Source of the DNA: Octopus vulgaris
Taxonomy: Eukaryota
Reading direction: 5' to 3'
Assembly (NCBI GenBank): GCA_951406725.2
Contig: OX597821.1
Coordinates: 85,188,001 to 85,252,000 of the forward strand
DNA: 64,000 nt
Below the pieces are notes generated by a model that was not told the DNA's origin, did no database searches, and saw only the letters and a program-made list of their open reading frames with translations. Position numbers and translations under genes: made by a program. Shown piece by piece: positions 13,325 to 26,378 of the stretch. Positions within the stretch are counted from its first letter, which is position 1. The number at the start of each line of letters is the position of its first letter.

Positions 13325-13676
13325 AACAATAACTCTGAGCACCTTTTCAAACTCCACCCATCTAACACCCGTGGACATGTTTACAAAGTCAGAAAACAGC
13401 ACAGCTCCCATGACTTCAGGAAACATTTTTTCACGCTGAGAGTTGCTGAAGCATGGAACAAACTGCCGGCATCAGTTGTTAGTTGTCAGAGCACTGAATC
13501 CTTCAAAACTTCCATGCTTTCTGATTTTCTCCCCTCCATATACACACAAGCATGTATCTGTCTCATACATTGTTCGCTTTCCAGACATTTTTACATTACT
13601 GCATATACTTTATATGCACTTTTTGACAAGTTGTGGTGCACCTGAGCACTTTATACAATAATTTCATTATTATTAT
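13325..13676 (+). mobile_element. CR1-clade LINE 3' end
   Basis: TRGHVYKVRKQHSSHDFRKHFFTLRVAEAWNKLPASVV...SFK is the CR1 ORF2 C-terminal signature. (ATT)n tail. Paralogous copy at 15735. Confidence 0.85.
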
Positions 13677-14021
13677 ATATTTGGAATAATAGTCTCCTTT
13701 CATCATCATTTATGATGGGTTATTTCTTAATTATCTTCAGCATCATTATTATTTTATACTTGTTTTGTATACATACATGTGTTGCACTGCATCTTCTCAG
13801 ACTCTTTAACATCTGCTGCACCCGACAACAGAGAAAACCACCAGTCTGTATTATTGTACCTGACATGGTTTTTATGATTAGATGCCTGTCCTATCATCAA
13901 CAATATCACTGTGTGGAGCCTGGGTGCCTTTTACTGTGCTACCTAGCACTAGAGAGGTTGTTTGTCAGGAATAAAGAGTTCTCTCTATCCTATATTAATC
14001 TATATACTGAGTTATAATCAA

Positions 14022-14241
14022 GGCGGCGAGCTGGCAGAAACGTTAGCGCCCCGAGCGAAATGCTTAGCGGTATTTCGTCTGACGTTATGTTCTGAGTTCA
14101 AATTCCGCCGAGGTCGACTTTGCCTTTCATCCTTTCAGGGTCGATAAATAAGGTACCAGTTTCGCACTGGGGTTGATGTAATCGACTTAATCCATTTGTT
14201 TGTCCCCTCTATATTTAGCCCCTTGTGGGTAGTAAAGAAAT
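14022..14241 (+). mobile_element. tRNA-derived SINE family B
   Basis: A box GAGCTGGCAGAA and B box GAGTTCAAATTC. Central GCCTTTCATCCTTTC.GGGTCGATAAA motif resembles the MetaSINE-type domain (from memory, unverified). TSD tatatactgagtta at 14001 and 14243. Confidence 0.88.
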
Positions 14242-14470
14242 ATATATACTGAGTTACTGCTTCTTTAGACAGGTTACCTTCACTATAGCATATGCAATCC
14301 ATGTCTCCACTGTTGCTTCTTATAAAGTATTTATTTTGTATCCTTTTGTGAGTTGCACAGAGCACCCTGCTTTAAACTATAGGCTGTTGTGCAAAGAATA
14401 AGACATGTTAGATATGGATATCCAAAATGTTATCTTTATTAATTAAAAAAAAGTTTTTATTGTTTAATCA

Positions 14471-14856
14471 GCAGGAGTGGCTGTGTGGTAAGTAGCTTGC
14501 TAACCAACCACATGGTTCCGGGTTCAGTCCCACTGCGTGGCATCTTGGGCAAGTGTCTTCTGCTATAGCCCCGGGCTGACCAATGCCTTGTGAGTGGATT
14601 TGGTAGACGGAAACTGAAAAGCCTGTCGTATATATATATAAGTTTGTGTGTCTGTGTTTGTCCCCCTAGCATTACTTGACAACCGATGCTGGTGTGTTTA
14701 CGTGCCCGTAACTTAGCGGTTCGGCAAAAGAGACCGATAGAATAAGTACTGGGCTTACAAAGAATAAGTCCTGGGGTCGATTTGCTCGACTAAAGGCGGT
14801 GCTCCAGCATGGCCGCAGTCAAATGACTGAAACAAGTAAAAGAATAAAAGAGTAAA
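14471..14856 (+). mobile_element. SINE family A, full length
   Basis: Same head, body and tail as the copy at 6581-6972. Confidence 0.9.
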
Positions 14857-15734
14857 CTGAAGAGAGAAGTCCTTTGACATGGGGTAAAAGGTGGGGAAGA
14901 AAACTACCGTTTATGGGGATTTTTTTTTTCTGATCAGAAACTTGGTTCAGATCGTTGCGGTAGAGTGGAGTCTATTAAAAGCACTCAGGTGCAGGGTGGT
15001 AGTGTTAAACAGAGCAACGGATGGAATCTACCTCCAAAGGTTGCTTTCCTTTAACCTCAGGTCACTTCTGATCAGGCAAACCTTCGTCATCAAAGTATTG
15101 ATCATCCTTCCTTAATGTAGTCCTGATCTAGGATTACACTGTCTAATGTGTCCTTCCATTTTGAAGCCAGTAAATTAGGATTTGAGGGTGATATAGCTGT
15201 TATTTCTAGTAGGATGAACAGCCACATAGAGGTTCCTCAACAGTAGTCTGTAGATATTGCTTGGCTGCAGTGTATAACAGAAAGTAATATACTGCAGTAT
15301 TTCACAATGTTTATGACATGTTTCAACATTTCACTACAGCTGACTCATCAATGTAAACAGTTTATCTTAGTGTAGGTGGGAACTGCAGTTAATGGCTGAC
15401 TGTTACTGTGTAGATTGTTCCCACCCAAATCTTCATTTCACTAAACAATATCTTTCAGTTATTCTGTTCCGGTGGAATTTGATAGTAGCCATGACATTAC
15501 CGAGAGTCACTTCATCTCTTAGTTATCCTTCTACACTTTTAATTTAATTCTTTAGCTCATCGGTCTCAGGCTTATACAATATATGTACAAGTGACATTAG
15601 ACGTAATCTTTAAGACCATCTACACACTTATAATTGTGCATAAACGAATGTACAGAAGCAAATCTATACAGAAAAATAAAACATTAAGACACACTAACAC
15701 ATTCTAAACAGCTGTTGAGACTATACTTATCACA

Positions 15735-16121
15735 AATCTACCCAACAATGATCTTCATCTTTTTGACCTCCATGTGTCCAACACACGTAGACATGCCTAC
15801 AAAGTCAGAAAACAGCACAGCTCCCATGACTTTCGGAAACATTTTTTCACGCTCAGAGTTGCTGAAGCATGGAACAAACTGCCTGCGTCAGTTGTTGACT
15901 GCCATGACACTGCATCCTTTAAGGCCCTCATGCTTTCTGAAATCCGCCGAAACTACACCTGATTGTCCCCCTTCCATACTCATACACATATGTGTATGTC
16001 ATGACTCATGCACTGTTCTTTTCCTGACGCTTGCACATTACCCTATGTACTATACATAAACTTTAGATGAGTTGTAGTGCACCTGAGCACTGTACACAAT
16101 GTTTTATTATTATTTATTATT
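15735..16121 (+). mobile_element. CR1-clade LINE 3' end
   Basis: ORF track 15774-15962 reads NTRRHAYKVRKQHSSHDFRKHFFTLRVAEAWNKLP. (ATT)n tail. Confidence 0.85.
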
Positions 16122-16801
16122 AAAAGTGGCCAGCTACCTATATGTGCAAAACGTCACACATCATTATTTTAATGGCACAGGTTCCTCTGTCCAGTTGTCT
16201 CATCTCTCTTTTCACAGCATCTACTCTTAAAACCTTGTTGTCTAGATACTGCCAGCCATGCCATCTAAACTATGGGTTGGCAGCCTAACTCCCATACACC
16301 TGGTACTGCTGGGCTAATGAATGAGACAATGCAGTTGCTTGATCTGCTAGAAATGCCAGCCTAATCCCCCTCAAATTACACTCTATTGTCTTATATAACA
16401 CATTGGACAATGTAGTTTTTTTATACAAAATTTCAAGATGGTTACAGTTTGAATGACTTTACTCAGGCATCTGCAGGATTTGAACAACAATATTTGCAGT
16501 AAATGTTTTCTGAAATTTTTTATTAGTTTTACAATTTTACCATGGTTGTTATGTTACATCAACCAAGTAAAAGTGGGGGAAAGACATGGACATGTAATTT
16601 ATTTTAGCAGATCATTAACCACTCAAGATAAAAGAACCTCTACAGGAAATGTCACTGCAAAAATTGCACTCAAGTCATTCTCTCCTGTCTTAAAGGAAAA
16701 TAAAACAACAGGACTATTTAGATAATGTAATCCTGATTACACTGTACTTGAGCAGATAAACAAAAGGATATTTCGATCATAATAGAAATCATTTAGATGA
16801 C

Positions 16802-17188
16802 TTACTCTTTACTCTTTTACTTGTTTCAGTCATTTGACTGCGGCCATGCTGGAGCACCGCCTTTAATCGAGCAACTCGACCCCGGGACTTATTCTTTGTA
16901 AACCCAGTACTTATTCTATCAGTCTCTTTTGCCGAACCGCTAAGTGACGGGGACGTAAACACACCAGCATCGGTTGTCAAGCAATGCTAGGGGGACAAAC
17001 ACATACACACATATATACATATATACGACAGGCTTCTTTCAGTTTCCGTCTGCCAAATCCACTCACAAGGCATTGGTCGGCCCAAGGCTATAGCAGAAGA
17101 CACTTGCCCAAGGTGCCACGCAGTGGGACTGAACCCGGAACCATGTGGTTGGTAAACAAGCTACTTACCACACAGCCACTCCTGCGCC
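16802..17188 (-). mobile_element. SINE family A, full length
   Basis: Reverse-complement match to 14471-14856. Confidence 0.9.
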
Positions 17189-17214
17189 TTGGAGCTTTAT
17201 AGTTACTTCACATT

Positions 17215-18081
17215 CAAGGTGGTAGCAAAATGTTCCTGGACTAGTTCTGTAGCTCATCAAAAGATAGCAGCACATGGTTGTGTGCACAGAGAGAGCCAGT
17301 AGCGACTTTCATGAGGCAGTGGACCATCTGCTGAGTAACATTGCTATGTTTACTTTGCAAGTTGTGAAATTTGTGTTTTTGTGATCATGTGAATGCTGTA
17401 GCCTGTGATTTTGTCATAGACAGGATGTTGGAACAAGTGTTAAATTTGAGAAGTTTGCTACAGAAACATTGAGCATGCTTTGGTAAGATTAAGATGATGG
17501 GACAATGGGTCGTATGCAATGTTCCAAGAAGCATGGGTGCCTCAAAAGCAGAAGAACATCTCTGGAAATGTGGTATTGTGCATCCAGAGTTTGTCCCCTT
17601 AGGGCCAGACTATCAGTTGCAAGTTCTACTGGGTTGTTTTGAAGTATTTGAGTGAGAACATTCAGTGAAAGTGACCAAATCTGTGGAGTGCAACAAGTTG
17701 GATTCTTCATGACAACAATGCACATTATTACCCAGCTCTTCTCACTTATGAGTTCCTCACCAAAAACAACATGGTATTGCTTCTCCACCCATCCTATTCA
17801 CCAGATTTAGCACTTGCAGACTTCCATCTCTTTCCCAAAATGAAAATGCAGCTCAAAGATCACTGTTTTAATACCATTGTTGAGATCCATAGCAAATCAC
17901 TGATGATCCTTGACTCACTTATGGAAAACAACTTCCAGGCTGGATTCCAAAAGTGGCAGGAATGCTGGGACCAGTGTATTGCTGCACAAGGTGACTATTT
18001 CAAAAGAGATGATGTCAAAACTTAGGTAAATAAGTTATTTTTTATTTAGCATAAGTCCTGGAACTTTTTGTTACCACCATG
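17215..18081 (+). mobile_element. Degenerate, internally deleted mariner transposon
   Basis: Imperfect TIRs caaggtggtagcaaaatgttcctggact / agtcctggaactttttgttaccaccatg. Transposase remnant HPSYSPDLALADFHLFPKMK (YSPDL motif). Confidence 0.85.
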
Positions 18082-18442
18082 TAATGTCCCTTATCACAAG
18101 GACTGTTTAGACAATTTATAACATCTGCAAGCTCCTTCTAGACTAGATAAAATAGAAATATTTATACACACATAAACAAACCAAGGAGTGCAAGTAAATT
18201 TCATTAAAATCATCACATCCTGCGATCTTAAAAATGATATGTTGTCCTAGATGCATATATCTGAAAAAAGTAAAAGATAGGATGGTCACTGCTGGAATGC
18301 CATTGATCACATCTACTGGTTCAGATCCATCATTGTTTCAAACAACAACATGAATGAATCAATAAAGAAAACTCTACACAATTGCTTGGACAACTAGAAA
18401 TAATAGTTTCATGTCTCTGAAACCATACACTACTGTCTTTAA

Positions 18443-18656
18443 CCCTTTCGTTACCAGCCCGGCTGAAACCGGCTCTGAGTACAAATGTCTTTTTTTCATA
18501 AGTTTTGAATTAAAATCTTCCACCAAACCTTAATCCCAATTTACGTTACTAACACTAGCTGAATGGTAACTAAGTTATTTTACTAAATTCTTTGTTATAT
18601 TTAGAGTAATTGAAAGAAACACAGAGCATCTCCAAATAAATACAGTAAGGAAAAGG
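18443..18656. mobile_element. piggyBac-like MITE
   Basis: TTAA|CCCTTTCGTTAC ... GTAAGGAAAAGG|TTAA. Confidence 0.78.
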
Positions 18657-19317
18657 TTAAAACATAAGGACACATCAAATAATCTGGTCTTATAAGCACC
18701 ATTTGATAAAAGATGTGGGATTGAAGGTTAGAACATCTTTGATTATCTGTCTGCTGTAAGAGGGCTGAGTTGGAGCTTATCAACAACAACACACTCACAA
18801 CAGAGTTGTCATAATCCAGAGCCTGTGACTCTCCTCAAATTCATTATTTCTCCCTGACATTCCACCAAATGGACACAACATTTCTCCTTTTTCCTTCTGC
18901 ATATCCTCCCACCCTACCTTCACTTCCTTTCAAGTAGAACAATTACATACCAATTGAGGTTTCAAACTGGTGACTACAAACAGCAGTAATCATTCTTCAG
19001 ATATTACACTAACTCAAGACAAATATACTTTACATTTTCCTTTAAATAAACATCAACAAAATGGGGAGTGGACTCATTTCCATGATGTTTCCAATTTTTA
19101 AAAACTAATGTTACTATGGGTACGAGGACATTTTTAACACTGTGTAGTTTTCATTGCTTTTATATATGAGAGAAACTCTGTGTGTGTGTGTGTGTGCAGT
19201 TATATCTGAGAGTAACTTCGTATGTGTATTTGTGCATTTGTACTTGATATTAAGTGATTTTATAACACCTGCAAACATAGTCCGCTGGAGAGCATACTCA
19301 CCCAATACCATTTACTA

Positions 19318-19665
19318 TAGCGCCGCCTCGACTGGCTTCCGTGTCGGTGGCACGTAAAAAGCACCATCCGAATCGTGGCCGAAGCCAGTGCCGCCTCGAC
19401 TGGCTTCTGTGCAGGTGGCACGTAAAATTGCACCAATCCGACCGTGGCCGATGCCAGCCTCGCCTGGCACCAGTGCAGGTGGCACGTAAAAAGCACCCAC
19501 TACACTCACGGAATGGTTGGCGTTAGGAAGGGCATCCAGCTGTAGAAACATTGCCAGATAAGACCGGAGCCTGGTGCAGCCTTCTGGCTTCCCAGATCCC
19601 CGGTCGAACCGTCCAACCCATGCTAGCATGGAGAACGGACGTTAAACGATGATGGTGATGATGAT
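19318..19665 (+). mobile_element. RTE family 1, 3' UTR copy with 3 tandem modules
   Basis: Three GTG(T/C)nGGTGGCACGTAAAA modules, conserved UTR and GAT tail. Confidence 0.85.
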
Positions 19666-20717
19666 TTTATGCCGTTGTTCATCAATTTTTGTGATTGTAA
19701 CAAAATAAGAAGCTAATTGTATACAATGCTCAGATGTACTGCGACTGTTTCCTCAATAATGCAACAAACAACAGGAGACTAAAAACAGATCCTTGTGAGA
19801 TGCCAGACGTCATTACATAGGGCACACAATGTCATTCTAGTACTGTGATTACCTCTTTCCAACTGGGAATAAAAGATTTCAGCCAGTTATAAAGATTAGC
19901 CCCCATGACCACTGCAGAAGCATTTGCAGAAAGTAAAAGCACAGGTAAAAAAAAAAAATAGGCTAATATCTGTGGGCTCATTAATTGGCAAAATTTATTG
20001 GCAAAAGTAGATTGTAATGAATTTGAATATACAGAGTCATAAGTTAAATCTGTAATAAAATACATATTCTCTAGACAATCTTATCATTTAGTCTATAATT
20101 TTGTCTGAATTTATACTAAGCCTGTAATTTAGTCTTTGTCTGTAACATATTGAACAAAATTATAGGCTAAAATCTATGGGTAATTGCTAAAATAAGCACA
20201 ATTTAAATACAGACAACAGTTACGGGTAAATTTTTTTTTTAATAGTCTAAATACCCATTGCAATTACTGCCAAATGCTTCTGTGCTTGATTTGGGTTTAT
20301 TAGCTAAGAATTGTTTCATATTTGCTGTGCAGTACTATCTCTCTCTTAATCTGCTGCTCTGTCTTCTTTTCATCTTTCCTCATATATCCATTTGTATATG
20401 TAATACTTAAACATGCACTATCTCCCACTGAAATAAAATTTTCGTTCATAACTTTGTTTTCAGACTTTTCATATCAAACCAAGGGAGATAATTCTGGAAT
20501 CCTTTGCCCAATTCCTTTTGATATAAACATCCAGGAGGTTTCTTTTTCCCTTCTGCCTGAACAGATGTAAATATTTGATTCTTCAGTGCACAAGAGATCT
20601 GGCTTTACTGTTCCAATCAGTCATATCAGATAATAGTTTTGGTCATGCTTTCTGCTTTAGAAAACGGTTGAGTGAGTTTGCTTGGGCAACTCATGGCTCT
20701 TAATCTTTAACAGAGTA

Positions 20718-21012
20718 AGCACCATCCGAATCGTAGCCGAAGCCAGTGCCGCCTCGACTGGCTTCCATAAAATGCACCAATCCGACCGTGGCCAATGCCA
20801 GCCTTGCCTGGCACCTGTGCCGGTGGCATGTAAAAAGCACCCACTACACTCACGGAGTGGTTGGCGTTAGGAAGGGCATCCAGCTGTAGAAACGCTGCCA
20901 GATAAGACCGGAGCCTGGTGCAGCCTTCTGGCTTCCCAGATCCCCGGTCAAACCGTCCAACCCATGCTAGCATGGAGAACGGACGTTAAACGATGATGAT
21001 GATGATGATGAT
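20718..21012 (+). mobile_element. RTE family 1, 3' UTR copy (same subfamily as 19318)
   Basis: Shares gataagaccggagcc and catggagaacggacg with 19318-19665. GAT tail. Confidence 0.85.
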
Positions 21013-21346
21013 GTGTGTGCATGTTAGAGGTGCGAAAATATTGATGAAGACAACAGCATAGAAGATAAAGGGATAGCAAAGGTATTTATTAGTTTGATGT
21101 TCAATGAGACAAAATGTAAAGGTGTACAAAAGTGTATTTGGTATTTCAAGCTTAAGCTCTTCTTCGGAAAGTTACACCGAAGGAAAAAGGTAGAGAAAGG
21201 AGGAAAATGGAGTAATAGAAAATGTATATTTCTCTGAGTCAGACCATATTGAATATGACTGGAGATCAAAAGACTTGAAGTGAAAGAGAAGGAAGAAGAT
21301 TTGTGTCTAACTTTGCATGTAGACTTTTAACCAATAGTTATATTAT

Positions 21347-21718
21347 CTCTCATCTCTCCAGGATCAGCCTCTTGTTAGTCAGGAGTGAGGTTCCATCCGA
21401 GCTGAGCAGGGGGATTGATCCATCGGCACAGAGACTTGGGAGACACTTGCTGCCGAATGCTCATCCTGGCGCAGCACAATCACCACAGGAGCAAAGACAG
21501 CCGAGGAGAGATGGATTCAGTCAGCAGAACAGAAATGCCAGATGCGGAAAGCCAGAGCCACCTGCACCAATAGCACAGCCCCTACCCACTTCTGCCCCAT
21601 CTGTGGGAGGGGCTTCCTTGCCCGGATTGGCCTCACCAGTCACCTCCGGTCTCATAGCAGCAATTCCACCAAATGATGTCAATGGTCATCTTCGAACCCG
21701 AAGGACGAACATTATTAT
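21347..21718 (+). mobile_element. RTE LINE family 2 insertion: C2H2-finger C-terminus with a 5' inverted segment
   Basis: 21422-21676 reads IGTETWETLAAECSSWRSTITTGAK...HFCPICGRGFLARIGLTSHLRSH...*. Tail gtcatcttcgaacccgaaggacgaac(att)n. 12-bp TSD tagttatattat at 21335 and 21719. Confidence 0.9.
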
Positions 21719-22029
21719 TAGTTATATTATAGATTTTCTCTATAATTTCAGCCTACACATTTTAGCTATAACTTACACTTTATATGCTAAACTATAGCTA
21801 AATGAATATATATAGCCCAGGGAAAGTATATGTTCATACAGCCAGTTGCCTTTCAATTTTATAAGGCCAGATTTCATTTAAAGATTAATAGTTCAACTGT
21901 AAAACTAATTAACCTAAAATCAGTTTGCTTAGTTAATGTATTTGCACATGTAACCTACAGACTACAAGATTTATAAAAATATACAAGATACACACATACA
22001 CACACTGTATATATGTGTGTATATATTTA

Positions 22030-23287
22030 TCAGGCTGAGTAAAAATTAAGCAACATTTTGAATCATGAAATTCATCACAATATATTTCAACAATGCAGAA
22101 ATTCTATTCATCAAAGTAAGTACCATTATAGTCAACACATTTTTGCCAATGAGTTACAAGTTTGTTTATTCTGGTAAGATAAACATCTGGAGTTCTGGAG
22201 CTGATGAACTTTTTGAATGCAACTTTCAGCATTGGTTTGATTTTTTGACTCCTTCTCTCACAAGAAACCATCAAGGTGCTTGAAAATGTGACAGAAGAAA
22301 AGTCTGGGGAATAAGCTGGGTGGGGAAGAACTTTGTAACCAAGTTCCCTCAACTTCTAGAGTGTCGTTAGTGAAACGTGTGGTTGAGCATTGTCATGAAG
22401 AATGACTGACCCTCTTCTGTTGACCAGAGTGGGACAGAAAAGTAGCAGTTTTTCATTCATTTTGGCAATTTCATGGCAAATGATTTTTCCAGGTTTCAAG
22501 AAGTTATAGTGCAAGAGTCCAGCAGTACACCACCAAACAGTCACCATCACTTTCTTTTTAGAGAGCTCAAGTTTAGGGAAGGTTTCCAGGGCTTCATTTT
22601 GGTCCAACCACTGCGAAGGACATTTTTATTATTGTACAGAATCCACTTTTCATTGCGAGTTACAATATGGTCAAGAAATGGATTGGTCTGGTTAGGGAGA
22701 AGAAACAATGTGCAAATTTCATATCTGTGCATTTTCTGATTTTCATTCAAATCGTGTTGTGCCCATTTGTCAAGCTTTTCTGATTTTCCAATTGCATGCA
22801 AATGGTTGCTGGCAGTTTTCTGGCTAACTTGAAGCTCTTTTGCCAGTTCTCAAGTTTTTTTTATGTGGATCTTTCTCAGTGACAGTCTTTAATTGATTGT
22901 CATCGATGACAGATGGGCGTCCACTATGCTCATGATCTTCAAGGCTCAGGTCTCCACTGTGAAATCGTTTAAACCATTTTTGAGCTGACTGCTTATTGGT
23001 CATTTCCTCGACAAATGTTTCGTTTGCGAGCAGTTTCAGCTGCTTCACATCCGTTTTTGAAGTTGAATAGCAAAATTGTCCAAATATTGCGCCTTGGCAG
23101 TTCCATTTCAGATGATTGTAACAACGGTGAAAAAAATATCGATGTTAATTTTTTGATACATTTGGGCAAGTTTATGTCTGTATTATAAGAACTGCCAAAA
23201 AAGGTTTTTAAAAAATTCTAAATTCTGCAAAAATCCAGTACAAATTCTTCATGATTTAAAACATTGCTTACTTTTTACTCAACCTGA
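22030..23287 (-). mobile_element. Full-length, frameshifted mariner (DD34D) transposon, about 1.26 kb
   Basis: TA TSDs and ~40-bp TIRs (tcaggctgagtaaaaattaagcaac / cattgcttactttttactcaacctga). Fragments WFKRF..GD.SLED..HSGRP, WAQHDL, TRNEKWILYNN, KKVMVTVWW, HDNAQPH, HPAYSPDF. Confidence 0.93.
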
Positions 23288-23745
<458 letters not shown>

Positions 23746-23831
23746 TACTGTTGTGTCTGGGGAGAGTCATTTTCTTTTTATATATAAAAAGCAATTCATA
23801 GAAAGAATCTTGCAAACCAAATCCCAAAACG

Positions 23832-23862
<31 letters not shown>

Positions 23863-23869
23863 GTGTTCC

Positions 23870-24487
23870 CTTTCCCCATTTTGTTTTCCCCAGGCGAGTG
23901 TATGCCTTGAACATTCCCTCTGCAAACGCCTCCATCAAACGGATTTCTATTTTCTCCATGCCAAGTTGGTCCCTCTCTTCCATTTCTAGGTACAGTGCCA
24001 ACGCCGAACCATCCAAGTACAGCGGTATAAAACTCGCTAGGTCACTTATACCATGGAGCTTTGCCACCAACTTCCTCTTCAACCAAGCGACTACATCCGT
24101 GTCACCGCAAAATGGTTTGATCATATTGTTCGAAATACGGACAACACTCATCATTCGTTTTTTTTTTGTTTTTTGTTTTGTTATGGGCTGAAATAGCTTG
24201 TAGTGTGATGCAGGAAAAGGACAACAGAAAAAGAAGCAAACGGGAGAAAGAAATACAAAAGGCCTGACCTGCTGACCTCAGCGGAATCAGCGGTCACTCT
24301 CACGAATTAAACACATCTTGTCTCGCTGCCATCTCTGCTCGAACTGACCCCATGTGCTTCTTGCCCATGCATGCCCTGTGCCTGTGTCACAAGCACCTGC
24401 AGTCCTTACTTCCGTCCACCTCATCTGCAATCCCCTCCACCAACACCACATAGCTCCATCACAGCCCATAACACCACCAACGCCACA
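23870..24487 (-). mobile_element. LTR retrotransposon remnant: probable 5' LTR (~24199-24487) plus gag N-terminus (24154-23870)
   Basis: [47 protein letters not shown] resembles a Gypsy-type Gag. The upstream GC-richer block reads TGTGG...ACTACA on the minus strand. Confidence 0.7.
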
Positions 24488-25734
24488 AAAACAATGCAAA
24501 AATATTTGTACTTGACCTGTCAGCAGGAAAAATTTTAAAAATCTCTGAAGTTTGTATCAGACACAAAACTGAAAACCATAAACTGGATATCTAACCAACA
24601 TCTGCTGTACAATCATCAATATTCAGTTAAACACGAATAATCTTTTATCGTTTATCCCTACCTTTTACATGCTTCAGTAATTGGACCATGGCCATACAGA
24701 CACACCACTTACAGGGTTTAGTTGAAAAATATCAACCCCTGTGCTTTTTTTTTTTTTTTTGAAATCTGGTACTTATTCCATTGGTGTCCCTTTTTCAAAA
24801 CCACTAAGTTTCAGGAACATAAGCAAATCAGGGCCAGTTGTCAAGTTGTGGAGTGGAGACACTCATAAACATAGAAACACACACACGCACACATACTCAC
24901 ACATACACACATGCACACACACACACGCACACACACTAGACTTCATTACAGTTTCTGTCTACCAAACTCCCTGACAAGGCATTGATTGACCTCGGGCTAG
25001 AAGACACTTGTCCAAAAGTGCCACAGACTAAGACTGAACCTGGAACCATGTAGTTGCAGAGCAAGCTTCTTAATGTACACCAATGCATGCATCTGTGTAA
25101 TGCTAAGAATTAAAATATTTCTTGCAAATAAGTTTGTTTTGCTTGCAATACTGCAACGGTCAATTACAACTTATGTAAACTGTCTCGTATATCAAGGCTG
25201 TCTCTTAGCAACTGTACAAGGAAACAAAATAACAAAAGAAGAAATCTGTCATAATTTGATAAAGTGAATGTTACATCTAAAACATTTTTTTTTTGTGCAA
25301 GTGGTTTCTGCAATTGTAACACAAAATTGGTAAGGTTGACTTCACAAAAAAATGCATCTAGTGCTATGAAAATAAATGATATAATCATGTATGAATCAGT
25401 TCCTACTAGGAATTTCCTTAACATATTTATTACAACTGCCTTGAATAGACTTATGGATACCAACAACAACAGGTTATATGTGTTATATAAGTAATGGCCG
25501 TCTTGTCTTGAATATGACACTAATACAACTAACTGTATTTCATAATAGGCAGAAAGGTTTTTTTTAACAGTGTTTATAAGAAATACTGGTTTCAAATTCT
25601 GGCACAAGGCCAGCAAGTTTGTGGGGGTTAGTTAAGTCAATTACATCAACCTCAATGTTCAAAAGGTACTTATTTTATCAGCCCCAAAAGGATGAAAGGC
25701 AAAGTCAACCTAGGCAGAATTTGATCTCAGAACA

Positions 25735-26378
25735 TCATCATCATTATCATCATCGTCATCATCGTTTAATGTCCGCTTTCCATGCTGGCATGGACTGGAC
25801 GATTTGACTGACGACTGGCGAACCAGATGGCTGCACCAGGCTCCAATCTGATTGGACAGAGTTTCTACAGCTGGATGCCCTTCCTAATACCAACCATTTT
25901 GAGAGTGTAGTGGGTGCTTTTACATGCCTCCGGTACAAGGGCCAGTCAGGTGGTACTGGCAACGACCACGCTCAAATGGTGCTTTTTATGTGCCACTTGC
26001 ACAGGAACCAGTCCAGCGGCACTGGCAACGACCTCTCTCGAATATTTTTTCGTGTGCCAGAAAGGCGACACTTGTAATGATCACGCTTGAATGGTGCTTT
26101 TTACATGCCACTGGCATGGAAGCCAGTCAACTGCTCTGGCAACAATCACGCTCGGATGGTGCTCTTAGTGCTCCACTAGCATGGATGCCAATCATCGACT
26201 TTGATTTCGATTTCTATTTCACTTGCCTCAACAGGTCTTCGTGAGCAGAGTTTAGTGTCCAGTGAAGGAAAGGTACACATAAGTGGGCTGGTTACACCCC
26301 TGGCATAGGCCACAGGTTATGGTCTCACTTGGCTTGCCAGGTCTTCTCAAGCACAGCATATTTCCAAAGGTCTTGGTA
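25735..26378 (-). mobile_element. RTE family 1, 3' end (about 5 UTR modules + ORF end)
   Basis: (CAT)n tail on +, conserved UTR, and an ORF end reading KTFG/DLWKYAVLEKTWQAK-like. Confidence 0.85.

Noticed and set aside
19318-21012. Two near-identical RTE UTR copies as LTRs of one element or a segmental duplication
   Set aside because: Both end in GAT tails, have different 5' truncation points, lack TG/CA termini and have unrelated flanks. They are independent insertions of one subfamily.
21303-21797. 164-aa proline-rich ORF as a host gene
   Set aside because: It is an off-frame reading of the RTE insertion; the meaningful frame is 21422-21676.
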